Shown here: positions 19,278 to 27,268 of the stretch, piece by piece
How the letters are laid out: each line of letters begins with the position of its first letter
Position numbering within the stretch: the first letter of the stretch is position 1
Origin: an uncultured Pelagimonas sp.
GTDB taxonomy: Bacteria; Pseudomonadota; Alphaproteobacteria; Rhodobacterales; Rhodobacteraceae
DNA length: 32,000 nt
Direction: 5' to 3'
Assembly: GCF_947498515.1 (NCBI RefSeq)
Contig: NZ_CANMKO010000010.1
Location: forward strand, 130,137 to 162,136
Notes under the pieces: model-generated
The model's input: the letters and a program-made list of their open reading frames with translations, nothing else
What the model was told of the DNA's origin: nothing
Database searches by the model: none
Translations under genes and position numbers: made by a program

Positions 19278-20975
19278 CTAGGGTTTCGGTGTTAGGCCGA
19301 CCGAGGGGGGTGAAATCTTTCGAGACAGAGGCCGACGGGGCCGTTGGAAAGGCATTAAAAGCGGTTGTTTGTGAGTGGGGGCGGATTGCTCTTGCTGAGC
19401 AGCAACTATGCCGGTTAGGCGTGCCATGGTTGCGCCCTTCTTCTGCAGGTGCCGACACCTTAGCTCTGCTTCAGCTTTTCTTCGGCGGCCTTCGCTAATT
19501 GCAAACTCTTCTGCAGTTGATCGTCCAGCACGCTGCAGCTCGCCTCTTCGCTGAGCAAGCCACGCAATGACTTGATAGACACGGCTTGAGAACGCATGAG
19601 CAAGCTTACGCAATCGAACAAGCAAGATATCTGTCTCCCAGTCCTGCTGGTCGAACGCGCTTCCAAGCCGTTCAATTCGACTGTTGATGCCTCGCAAGCC
19701 TTCACCAACCGCTCGACGCAAGTGAGCAAGTCGCGCTCTAAGGGCGTTAGGGTCGCCTTCATTCACCTCTCCATGATCTTGATGCAGTTGAGCGTCTTGC
19801 CCGCAATCTTGCAGCGGCTGAGCTTGACCCTGTCGGGGTCTAGTGTCATCCAGACCTGCCCCCTCTGCTCGATCTTGGTCAGGCCAAGTTCCGTAAACTC
19901 CGAACGTGTCAACAGCACCGTCCAGAGCCAACTCGCAGCCATCATCGAGGTAACCCCCATCAAGATCAGACCCGAGATCAGCAAGGGTGAGATCGCCAGC
20001 CAGTGCCGGATCGAACGAAGTTGCGTCTCGAAAATGTTCGCCATCTCGATCTGAAAGCTTCGGGTATCTCTTTCGATTGTAACCTGCGCGTTTCGCGCAA
20101 TTACTTTCAAATTGCGCCTGAAGTCCTTCTGTTGTGCAGCGATCAAGCCGATGTGCTCTTGGCGCATGGCCTCCAACTCCTCGTTCAACTTCTGGCTCAG
20201 ACGGATCTGTTTGCCAGCCCTCATTAAAAACCTCCCCTTTCATTCGCCAGCGCTCCCCGGTTTCAGGGTCCCTAACGGTCAAGTAAGCTTTGCCCAAACG
20301 TGGAAGGTCGAAGCCTGCATCATGAAGCGCCTCAAGCAAGCTATTGCGGTCGGTGATCAGGCCGACACTCACTAAGTCGAGGATCCACGCGTGCAATTCG
20401 TCGCGACCATGGGCGCGGATCGGGGCCTCAATGGTGTCGCGCACCTCCTGGGCGCGCTCTAACTCCATCGGATCGGCCCAACCGTGGCACCGGTTCATAA
20501 CGTCCCGCAGGCTGTCATAGGCGTCCTGGTAGCCGGGCGGCGCGATGTTGAAACTCTTACCTGTCGTCAGCTCCAGGCGCGGCGTGCAGAAATGCAGCTC
20601 GACCCGGCCTTCGTGGCGATGGCGGACCCAGAGCACCTCATATTGCTCAGGGTCCAGCCCCGCGAAGGCCAGACGCTCGAACTCGTCCATGACCTCGGCC
20701 TGTTGGTCTTCGGTCGGGTCGTCAGTGTCGGCAAAGCTGATCACGCCCGCGCGGTAGGTCCACTGATGGCGGCTGGCGTCGATCAGGGCCTCGGTGCGCT
20801 CGGGGTTGCCGCGCAGGACCTCGGGCAGTGGGTCGCGCGTGACGGTGACTGGCTGGCCATTGGCATCACGGATCAGGTCACGGTTGCCGTCATAGGCCAG
20901 CACGCGATCTGCCACGAGGTAACCGACCGGACCCGCGCCCGCGCCTTTGCCATTAGAGAAGAACTTGATCAGCAC
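19278..20975 (-). CDS. Relaxase/mobilization nuclease, MbeA (ColE1, HEN-motif)-like
   Basis: N-terminal candidate catalytic Tyr Y19 (GPVGYLV). Metal-binding motif H119-x6-E126-x-H128 (WVRHRHEGRVELHF) has the spacing of the MbeA H97/E104/N106 motif. The GTG start overlaps the mobC stop. The first 250 codons or so have very high GC3. The remaining 315 codons or so are open but have low GC3 (see findings). Confidence 0.8.
   Translation of the reverse strand: MLIKFFSNGKGAGAGPVGYLVADRVLAYDGNRDLIRDANGQPVTVTRDPLPEVLRGNPERTEALIDASRHQWTYRAGVISFADTDDPTEDQQAEVMDEFERLAFAGLDPEQYEVLWVRHRHEGRVELHFCTPRLELTTGKSFNIAPPGYQDAYDSLRDVMNRCHGWADPMELERAQEVRDTIEAPIRAHGRDELHAWILDLVSVGLITDRNSLLEALHDAGFDLPRLGKAYLTVRDPETGERWRMKGEVFNEGWQTDPSEPEVERGVGGHAPRAHRLDRCTTEGLQAQFESNCAKRAGYNRKRYPKLSDRDGEHFRDATSFDPALAGDLTLADLGSDLDGGYLDDGCELALDGAVDTFGVYGTWPDQDRAEGAGLDDTRPRQGQAQPLQDCGQDAQLHQDHGEVNEGDPNALRARLAHLRRAVGEGLRGINSRIERLGSAFDQQDWETDILLVRLRKLAHAFSSRVYQVIAWLAQRRGELQRAGRSTAEEFAISEGRRRKAEAELRCRHLQKKGATMARLTGIVAAQQEQSAPTHKQPLLMPFQRPRRPLSRKISPPSVGLTPKP
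19460..19762 (-). CDS. Second nested same-strand ORF inside the relaxase gene (100 aa, coiled coil); MbeD-like position
   Basis: Starts immediately after the stop of the 153-aa ORF (AGG TGA ATG), with GGAGAGG upstream. GC3 is about 70% in the sampled C-terminal 45 codons. Confidence 0.5.
   Translation of the reverse strand: MKATLTPLERDLLTCVERLVKACEASTVELNGLEARSTSRTGRQISCLFDCVSLLMRSQAVSIKSLRGLLSEEASCSVLDDQLQKSLQLAKAAEEKLKQS
19763..20224 (-). CDS. Nested same-strand ORF inside the relaxase gene (153 aa, coiled coil plus TM); MbeB-like position
   Basis: The ATG is preceded by GGGGAGG with a 6-nt spacer. GC3 is about 76% by hand count, versus about 40% for the relaxase frame over the same bases. 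Hydrophobic segment WLAISPLLISGLILMGVTSMMAASWLWTVLL. Confidence 0.6.
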   Translation of the reverse strand: MRAGKQIRLSQKLNEELEAMRQEHIGLIAAQQKDFRRNLKVIARNAQVTIERDTRSFQIEMANIFETQLRSIRHWLAISPLLISGLILMGVTSMMAASWLWTVLLTRSEFTELGLTKIEQRGQVWMTLDPDRVKLSRCKIAGKTLNCIKIMER

Positions 20976-21442
20976 CGCCGCACCTCATCGAGGAGTGCGT
21001 CAAGCTGGCGTTCAATCACCACGAGGTGACGCGCGAGGGCCAGCGTGTCGAGGTCCGTCCGCCCGATCTTCATGGCTTGATTCAGCCAACGGGCGATCTG
21101 GTTGAGGTTGCCACCGATGCGCCCGACGGCTAGCACAAAGGCCGGATCGACGCGCGGGATGGGCTTGCGGCGGCGCGCTTCGGTGAGGCCAAGCGCCTCG
21201 CGCAAAAGCGTCGAGGCAGGCAGGCCAGCAGCCTCGGCCTTGGCGCGCAGTTGGGCCTTCTCGGACGCGGTGCAGCGGAAGACGAAGGTCTCGGTCAGCA
21301 GCTCTTTGGTGGGGGCGTTGCCCACGCCGGTGGGGTTCGAAGGGGAGGCTTGCCGCCACTCGCAAGGTCCCGTGTCATCGGCGCAGCCGTATGACATGGG
21401 TCGCCTTGCTGATGGCGCTTTGGTCGCTCTCGTGGTGCTCAT
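20969..21442 (-). CDS. mobC: MobC-type relaxosome accessory protein (RHH plus MobC domain)
   Basis: FVFRCTASEKAQLRAKAEAAGL (RHH-like) and GRIGGNLNQIARWLN (MobC signature). Start set at the ATG at 21442, which forms an ATGA overlap with the upstream gene. The ORF-track extension to 21658 lies inside the upstream gene. Confidence 0.8.
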   Translation of the reverse strand: MSTTRATKAPSARRPMSYGCADDTGPCEWRQASPSNPTGVGNAPTKELLTETFVFRCTASEKAQLRAKAEAAGLPASTLLREALGLTEARRRKPIPRVDPAFVLAVGRIGGNLNQIARWLNQAMKIGRTDLDTLALARHLVVIERQLDALLDEVRRC

Positions 21443-22329
21443 ATTTTGAGACCCGCCGCACGGATTTGCGCCTTGGTCACGAGCTTGGAAGCCAAGAGCG
21501 CGTCGATCTGGCTGGGTGTGATGAGGCGGCAAAGTGCATGTTTTTCGGCAATCCAATTCGCCAATCCGGCCAGCATCTCGGCTTCCTTTGCTTTTCTCTC
21601 CTCTCGGCCTTTGGTGATGTCCCCGACGTAGGCACGCCAGCGCTCCGATTTGAACCAATTGTCCGAAAAACAGACCTTCGAGCGGGTAAAGTCCGCGCTT
21701 TCGGTGGCGTAGGCTTTCACAGCATCCATGAAGTCTTTGGGGCTGACACCTTCGTCCAACGCGGCCCTGATCTTCCTCAGACAGTCCGCCTTCCCGCGCT
21801 GACGGTCGCTCGGATAGACAGCCAAGACTTTATCAGCCAATTCATCCTCCACCGCCACGCGCTCGCGCATGGGAGGTTTATGGATGGTTTTAGGGTGGTT
21901 TGGGGGGCGCGGTGACCCCAGAACCTCGGTCACTCCGCCTCCCATTCTGGGTTCAGTCAGGACGGGGCCCACCGAGGATTCCATCTCAGTATCGAGCCCA
22001 GTGATCGGTTGAAGCGTTCTTACTCTTCCAAGATCGATCTGGTAAACGACCGTGAAACCATTCTTGCATCTCCGCTTACCAGTCTCGACCAAAATGCCTT
22101 CTTGCAAGAAGGCCCGGATAGTTCGTTTGACCGTCGTCTCGCCAAGCTCGGTATGCTGACGGATCGTCCCCTTCGAGCACCAAATGTCAGAGCCATCATC
22201 CGAGGCCTTGTCCGCAAGGAACATGATGATCTGCTTTCGCGGCGCACTCCCGAACTTCCTGGCAGTGCAGGCCTTTTCCACTCGCCAGCTCATCGGACTA
22301 CTGGGAGCGACCCCAACTTGGCGAGGCAT
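21439..22329 (-). CDS. Winged-helix DNA-binding protein of unknown role (296 aa)
   Basis: N-terminal wHTH-like KQIIMFLADKASDDGSDIWCSKGTIRQHTELGETTVKRTIRAFLQEGILV. The C-terminal domain is unrecognised. Translationally coupled to mobC. Confidence 0.6.
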   Translation of the reverse strand: MPRQVGVAPSSPMSWRVEKACTARKFGSAPRKQIIMFLADKASDDGSDIWCSKGTIRQHTELGETTVKRTIRAFLQEGILVETGKRRCKNGFTVVYQIDLGRVRTLQPITGLDTEMESSVGPVLTEPRMGGGVTEVLGSPRPPNHPKTIHKPPMRERVAVEDELADKVLAVYPSDRQRGKADCLRKIRAALDEGVSPKDFMDAVKAYATESADFTRSKVCFSDNWFKSERWRAYVGDITKGREERKAKEAEMLAGLANWIAEKHALCRLITPSQIDALLASKLVTKAQIRAAGLKI

Positions 22330-22499
22330 TCTTTTACGTTGGACATTTTGTGATTTTCCGCTGCGTGGCGCAGTATTTCAGTGGGCTTGGACCATACGCT
22401 AGTCCAGGTTTTTAGAGGTAAGGCTTTCTCGCCCCACAAGCAGAAAAAGAAAGCTGGATTGTGTAAGCGCGATGCCAACAATTCACTTGGCATGAGAAC

Positions 22500-22688
22500 T
22501 CACCCTACAGAGCGGTTGGCTGAGCTGAGTTCTTCGAGCCAATCATCCACTTCAGCCTTCTTCCATCGCTTACAGCCAGGAGAAAGGGCGTGTGGCTTTG
22601 GGAATGAGTTACGTTCTGCCGTCCAGCGCCAGACCGTGGCACGTGAAATCGATAGAAAAGCTGCAAGCTCTTTGTCGGAAAGGAACAT
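22500..22688 (-). CDS. alpA: AlpA-family HTH regulator / putative excisionase
   Basis: FLSDKELAAFLSISRATVWRWTAERNSFPKPHALSPGCKRWKKAEVDDWL is AlpA-like. ATG at 22688 has GAGGA 7 nt upstream; the ORF-track start at 22721 is a TTG. Confidence 0.75.
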   Translation of the reverse strand: MFLSDKELAAFLSISRATVWRWTAERNSFPKPHALSPGCKRWKKAEVDDWLEELSSANRSVG

Positions 22689-22744
22689 TAAGACATCCTC
22701 GTTTTTTTGGATGTCTCCCAATCTTCACGCTGCGGGCATCAAAT

Positions 22745-23335
22745 CTATGCCTGATTTAACAGAAGCAGTAGGTCAATTTGCGAAAAAGTGTTCCTCTTGT
22801 CCCTGATATCCCTTTCGCGCCGCTCCCAAATCGCCCTTATACCATTGGCTGAATTAGGCTTTTTGCCCAAATTCCGATTTGCTTGAGCGACAATCTCATA
22901 GGCGAAGAAAAAACCACTGCTTACAGTTTCGGAGCGCGGAACCCCTCTTTCTTCGAGCTCGTTAACGATCAAATGGATCGTCCTGTCGCGCTCGAAATTC
23001 TCTCCGGGAAATGCTCTTCGGGATCTCCGATTACGTTTCGGCTTCGGTAACTTACCGGCTAAGTATTTCCCCAGCCATTCCTCCATAAGCTTGGGTACCG
23101 GCTGAGCTGTTCGCACCAAATGCGCAATTGTCAGCTGTACGGCCTCATAGGACAAAGGCTCTGTTGATGCGGTGACGAGGAGCGACTGCAGCGATGCACT
23201 ATCTCCCGACTGAATGGTGTGGCGATTGAACAGATCCATAATCTCAACTTGACTGTATTGTTGCTCGAAATCCAGCAACGCATCAATTGCGTACTTCAGT
23301 GCTTCAAACTCTCCAAACGTGCTAGTTTCCTGCAA
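22745..23335 (-). CDS. Hypothetical protein (up to 196 aa)
   Basis: The ORF overlaps the integrase stop by 14 nt. Its start is uncertain (TTG at 23335 or ATG at 23239). No family recognised. Confidence 0.45.
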   Translation of the reverse strand: MQETSTFGEFEALKYAIDALLDFEQQYSQVEIMDLFNRHTIQSGDSASLQSLLVTASTEPLSYEAVQLTIAHLVRTAQPVPKLMEEWLGKYLAGKLPKPKRNRRSRRAFPGENFERDRTIHLIVNELEERGVPRSETVSSGFFFAYEIVAQANRNLGKKPNSANGIRAIWERRERDIRDKRNTFSQIDLLLLLNQA

Positions 23336-24587
23336 GAAAGCCTCCCCAATCTGTCATCATCGCTCGCCTCTTTTCGATGAGATCCGAGCGGGCATATGCG
23401 CGCTCGACCTTAGTGCCAAGAAAATGCCAAAGCGCGGCTTCAGATAGCGTCCACTCGTAAGAAGTACGTTCGGAAGCCCAATCCTTGAATGTCGAGCGAA
23501 AACCGTGGGCTACGGCCACTTTGCCCGTTTGGGCATCTAAGAAACCACTGCGTTCGCATTTTACATCTTCAGTATGGACGGATTTCAAAACCTTACCGAT
23601 TGAAGCGTCGGACAACGCTCCACCACGCGGCGCAGCGAACACGTAAGGTGAGTCCGAGCGTCTCGGAACTTGATCCAAAACTATTTGCATCTGTGGCGTA
23701 ACGGGAACTCGGCGCGCGCCCATCTTCCTTGTTACCTTCGAAGACTTCCTTAGTGGCTGTACTGTCCAGACTTCCTCCGTAGTGTCGAGCTCGTCCCAAG
23801 TCATAAACCGAACCGCTCCCGTGCGTGTTGCAGTTAGGAGTTGAAAAGATAGTGCGAGCTTTGAAATGCCCGACCTCCTTTGTATTGCGGCCCAACACCT
23901 CTGCGCGTCCTTCAACTGTACTGCCGGGTAGTTACTTTCATCCGAACCGTCGGCCGGACGCGGCAAAATCTTTGAGAGCTCATTCGACCAGACTGCTGGG
24001 TTGTCGCCAACAAAATACTCTTTGGCCTTGCAGAAATCCAACGTCTCGCTGAGCTTTCGGCGCAATTTGTCGGCTGTCGGTCGCTTTTCCTCCCAAATGG
24101 GGACGAGCACCTCAACGATGTCTTCTCTGGTTAGCTCCGCAACGGACTTATTGCCCAAGATTGGAAGCGCATATTCATCAACACTATTTCGCCAATTCTT
24201 CCGATAGCTCGTATCCTTCGCTAGCATTTTTTCTTTTATCGGAACGAACTCTTCGAAGGCTTTTTGAAATGCCACACACCGCTTCGTTTTTGCGACAAGC
24301 TCTTTCCGGAGGTGCCTCCTCTCCTCCACCGGATCGACGCCATTCCTGATCGTTGACTTCATCTCAGACGCAGAAACGCGAGCATTTTTGAGTGACACTT
24401 CCGGGAAGCCGCCCAAACCAATTTCACGGCGCCTTCCACCCACAATCGTGCGAAGTAGCCATGAACGCGCTCCTGTGCATGAAACTTGAAGGCATAGACC
24501 GGAAACCCCTCCAACCGCATGCAGTCCTGGAGCATTTAATCTTTTCACTTCGATCGCCGATAATTCTTTAGCCAGTTTCGGCATCAT
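23322..24587 (-). CDS. int: Tyrosine recombinase/integrase (P4-type with DUF4102-like arm-binding N-terminus)
   Basis: N-terminal LSAIEVKRL...GLHAVGGVSGLCLQV...SWLLR. Catalytic residues R (LLTATRTGAV), HxxR (HGFRSTFKDW) and Y (ERAYARSD). Confidence 0.9.
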   Translation of the reverse strand: MMPKLAKELSAIEVKRLNAPGLHAVGGVSGLCLQVSCTGARSWLLRTIVGGRRREIGLGGFPEVSLKNARVSASEMKSTIRNGVDPVEERRHLRKELVAKTKRCVAFQKAFEEFVPIKEKMLAKDTSYRKNWRNSVDEYALPILGNKSVAELTREDIVEVLVPIWEEKRPTADKLRRKLSETLDFCKAKEYFVGDNPAVWSNELSKILPRPADGSDESNYPAVQLKDAQRCWAAIQRRSGISKLALSFQLLTATRTGAVRFMTWDELDTTEEVWTVQPLRKSSKVTRKMGARRVPVTPQMQIVLDQVPRRSDSPYVFAAPRGGALSDASIGKVLKSVHTEDVKCERSGFLDAQTGKVAVAHGFRSTFKDWASERTSYEWTLSEAALWHFLGTKVERAYARSDLIEKRRAMMTDWGGFLAGN

Positions 24588-24742
24588 TCCTACCCACCAA
24601 AAAACCCATCATAAACAATACTACTTGATGCGATTTATTGCAACAGCATGAGAGGGGAGAGGTACTCCATTTCAATTATAAATTACCATTATCAGTACGT
24701 TATGAGCGCGATTGCGCCCAGATAAGACTATACTGCGGAGTT

Positions 24743-24757
24743 GGTACTCGCCTCCAA
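24743..24757 (+). repeat. attR core: second copy of GGTACTCGCCTCCAA
   Basis: Exact match to the last 14 nt of tRNA-Cys plus 1 nt, located 156 bp beyond the integrase start. Confidence 0.8.
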
Positions 24758-24932
24758 TAAAATCAATGACTTAGAGCACCACCCTTCAATTGGGGTGTGA
24801 ATGCCTAAACATCTGTTTTTGTTCCATTCTTTTCTACCACTTTGGCGCGCCGCCGGCTTTCGCACAGATTGACGCTACTTTTGAGACACGAAATCTGATT
24901 TTTAACGTTCGCTGGCTCTGGTCGGACACGCC

Positions 24933-24965
24933 GAAGACAAGAAAACCCGGCCAAATTGACCGGGT
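24933..24965 (-). terminator. Possible rho-independent terminator (minus strand)
   Basis: ACCCGG-(9 nt)-CCGGGT followed by TTTTCTTGTCTT on the minus strand. It lies about 280 nt downstream of the acyl-CoA dehydrogenase stop. Confidence 0.35.
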
Positions 24966-25240
24966 CACATTGGGAATGTTTCCTAATTTGGGAAGACGCT
25001 ACAAGCTGAGACAACGATCTTCGACTACATTTCTGGCTTTTACGATCCGTGATGCCGACACTCGGAACTGGGCTGGAAAAGCCCCCTCGCATTCGCACCA
25101 ACAAATGCCAAAATGAGCCCCCGAGCGGCAAACCGCGACAGGTCCAAACCCCTCATATCCATTGCGCAACAGAGCCCATCACCGTAGCAACGCCGCTGAC
25201 ACACATCAGAGCATTCAATTGCCGTTTATCTCAGCCGAAA

Positions 25241-26797
25241 CTAGCAATGATATCCACTGCAATGGGCGGCTACGGCGCGTGCAACTCGTTCGGGGTCATT
25301 GTGATGCCTCGTGGCGCTGCTCAGGCGTGCGCCCATACAAGCCACAAGCACCGCAATACTGGCTTTCAAAAACCGATCTGCCAATATCGATGGGTCCGTC
25401 CCCTCTAAAAGCTCGGCACGAATGGCCCTCCATGGCTCTAATGCCTGCAAAACGTCGCCGTTTCCTGACTGCTCGGCCTCTTGCAACGCAAAACTTTCAA
25501 ATGCAGCGCCCGCCGCACCGCCAGCCAGCCTTGTCGCCAATACGCGGGCATGGATGCCGTTGGCCCCTTCGTAGATCGCCGTGATACGTGCATCGCGATA
25601 GGTTTGTTCCAACCGGTATTCCCGCAAATACCCATAACCGCCAAGGACTTGAATACCAAGGTCGGCTCCTCGCATACCTGCTTCGGTGCAATAGACTTTG
25701 GCAACAGGCGTTAGAAACTCAACCAGATCAGGCGCATCGCCACGTTCCATCATGACAAAAGCCAAATGCGCAATCGCCCGTCCAATCAAAGCCAACCCAT
25801 CAATTTCATCCAGCATGCGGCGCACGTCAGCATGTTGATCCAAGGTAACCTCTTGTCCATCTGCGCCACGGCCCTGAACCCGATCCGCGGCATAGGCGCT
25901 AGCAACATCATAGGCGCGGGCCGCGTGGGCCACTCCCTGCAGGGCAACATCTGCACGGGCGTGGTTCATCATGGTGAACATCGCGGCAAGACCCTTGCCC
26001 TCTTGGCCAATCAATTCCGCTTCAGCACCATCAAACGCCAGCTGGCATGTGGGCGAGGCATGTAGGCCCATCTTTTCCTCAATCCGGGTCACAGTCACAG
26101 CATTTCTGGCCCCATCAGAGCGGGTACAGGGGCAAAGGAACAGCGACAGACCCTTGACACCATTGTCAGATGTTCGGGCCAAGACCAGATGCAAAATGCG
26201 ATCACTCATGTCTTGATCGCCACCTGAGATGAAAATCTTTTCACCGTTGATTGACCAGCCATCACCGTTGCGTTCGGCCTTGCAGCGTACTCGGCTTAGG
26301 TCAGATCCGGCCCCCGGCTCGGTCAAACACATCGTTGCCAGCGTTTCCCCCGAGGCAAGCGGCGGAATATGGCGGGCTTTCTGCGCATCGGTCCCAAAAC
26401 GCAACACGGTGCGGATCGCGCCGGGAACGAGCCCGGTCACCATTTGCATACTGTGATTGGCACCCGAGAAAATCTCAGAAGTGATCGCCAGCATCAGCGC
26501 GCCCATTCCCTGACCGTCGAATTCCTCCGGCGCGGTCAGCGACGGCCACCCCTGCTCTGCGTAGGCGTTGTAAGCCTCAGCGAACCCGTCGGGCATCGAA
26601 ACACGCCCATCCTCAAGACGGCATCCTTGTTGATCACCGGGCTCATCCAGCGGTGCAATCTCACCTTCGGCAAAAGCGGCAAAATACCCGCCCAATTCAC
26701 CGGCAAGCTCAGGGTCCCAATCAGGCAGCTCCGCCGCACGGGCCACATGGGTCAACGAGAACAGGATGTCATCAAGCGGTGCTTGGAATGGTTTCAT
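25241..26797 (-). CDS. Acyl-CoA dehydrogenase (long AidB/FadE-like type)
   Basis: N-terminal MKPFQAPLDDILFSL, then ATMCLTEPGAGSDL, GEKIFISGGD and IYEGANGIHA, all typical ACAD signatures. Confidence 0.85.
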   Translation of the reverse strand: MKPFQAPLDDILFSLTHVARAAELPDWDPELAGELGGYFAAFAEGEIAPLDEPGDQQGCRLEDGRVSMPDGFAEAYNAYAEQGWPSLTAPEEFDGQGMGALMLAITSEIFSGANHSMQMVTGLVPGAIRTVLRFGTDAQKARHIPPLASGETLATMCLTEPGAGSDLSRVRCKAERNGDGWSINGEKIFISGGDQDMSDRILHLVLARTSDNGVKGLSLFLCPCTRSDGARNAVTVTRIEEKMGLHASPTCQLAFDGAEAELIGQEGKGLAAMFTMMNHARADVALQGVAHAARAYDVASAYAADRVQGRGADGQEVTLDQHADVRRMLDEIDGLALIGRAIAHLAFVMMERGDAPDLVEFLTPVAKVYCTEAGMRGADLGIQVLGGYGYLREYRLEQTYRDARITAIYEGANGIHARVLATRLAGGAAGAAFESFALQEAEQSGNGDVLQALEPWRAIRAELLEGTDPSILADRFLKASIAVLVACMGARLSSATRHHNDPERVARAVAAHCSGYHC

Positions 26798-26800
26798 GGG

Positions 26801-27268
26801 TTAGGTCACTTTGTAATAGGCTATTTCAACGGCATCTGCGCGGCGTATCCCAGCACAGACAAAGAGGGTGTGATTGACCCAAGCGTAGCGGTCATCCCCG
26901 GTTTCAAGACGCGCGGCGGTGCGCATGTAGTATTTTCTGGCGTCAACATCCTCGCCCAAAGCAAGGCGTTTCATGACGTCGTCGGGGCCATGGCGCACGC
27001 CGATATTGACGATTTCAATGACCGCTCCGTCATCAGAGCGCAGCGCATAACGCGTGTCCAAATGGGCCGCCCCATCCGCGTGTATTGTCTGCCAATCCGC
27101 CCCAAGGTTCATAACCTCGCCGGTGATGTCCGGCCCCAAGGCCGCACCACCGATGATCGGAATAATCCGACGCTGCCCGGCCCGCCCTTGCCCCATCTCG
27201 ATTGGTGCCGAAAGATCGACCCGCAAGCTAAAGGAATGGACCAAAGCCGGAACCGGGCACGTCATCAT
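26801..27268 (-). CDS. DUF3237 (UPF0311) family protein
   Basis: Pattern GQRRIIPIIGGAALGPDITGEVMNLGADWQ...LDTRYALRSDDGAVIEIVN matches my recollection of DUF3237. ATGATGA overlap with the upstream gene. Confidence 0.65.
   Translation of the reverse strand: MMTCPVPALVHSFSLRVDLSAPIEMGQGRAGQRRIIPIIGGAALGPDITGEVMNLGADWQTIHADGAAHLDTRYALRSDDGAVIEIVNIGVRHGPDDVMKRLALGEDVDARKYYMRTAARLETGDDRYAWVNHTLFVCAGIRRADAVEIAYYKVT

Larger units (their letters stand above)
10724..24757. mobile_element. Integrative mobilizable element (about 14 kb) in tRNA-Cys carrying a type IC R-M/PrrC-like defence operon
   Basis: 15-bp direct repeats at both ends. Contains a tyrosine integrase, AlpA-like HTH and a MobC plus relaxase module, but no T4SS or coupling protein genes. 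All genes are co-oriented. Base composition visibly differs from the flanks. Confidence 0.8.

Noticed and set aside
20222-20242. Programmed +1 frameshift at GGTTTTTAATG fusing the relaxase N-domain to the nested 153-aa frame
   Set aside because: The T-run is not positioned as a canonical slippery site in the relaxase frame, and no slow or stop codon follows. The nested frame has a stop only 5 codons upstream, plus its own strong SD and ATG. Independent initiation is the simpler reading.
20484-21029. 181-aa plus-strand ORF opposite the relaxase N-terminal domain
   Set aside because: It is antisense to the best-supported part of the relaxase (very high GC3, catalytic motifs) and is R/A/V/G-rich shadow sequence.
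22330-22499. Calling a specific oriT/nic site from the short inverted repeats upstream of the wHTH gene
   Set aside because: The arms are only 5-7 bp, and I could not match any known nic consensus (MOBQ- or ColE1-type) by eye. I left it as a hypothesis rather than a feature.
24790-25131. Paired 108-aa ORFs on opposite strands just outside attR
   Set aside because: They have no SD and poor composition (C/R/S-rich), and each is the mirror image of the other. They are probably non-coding.
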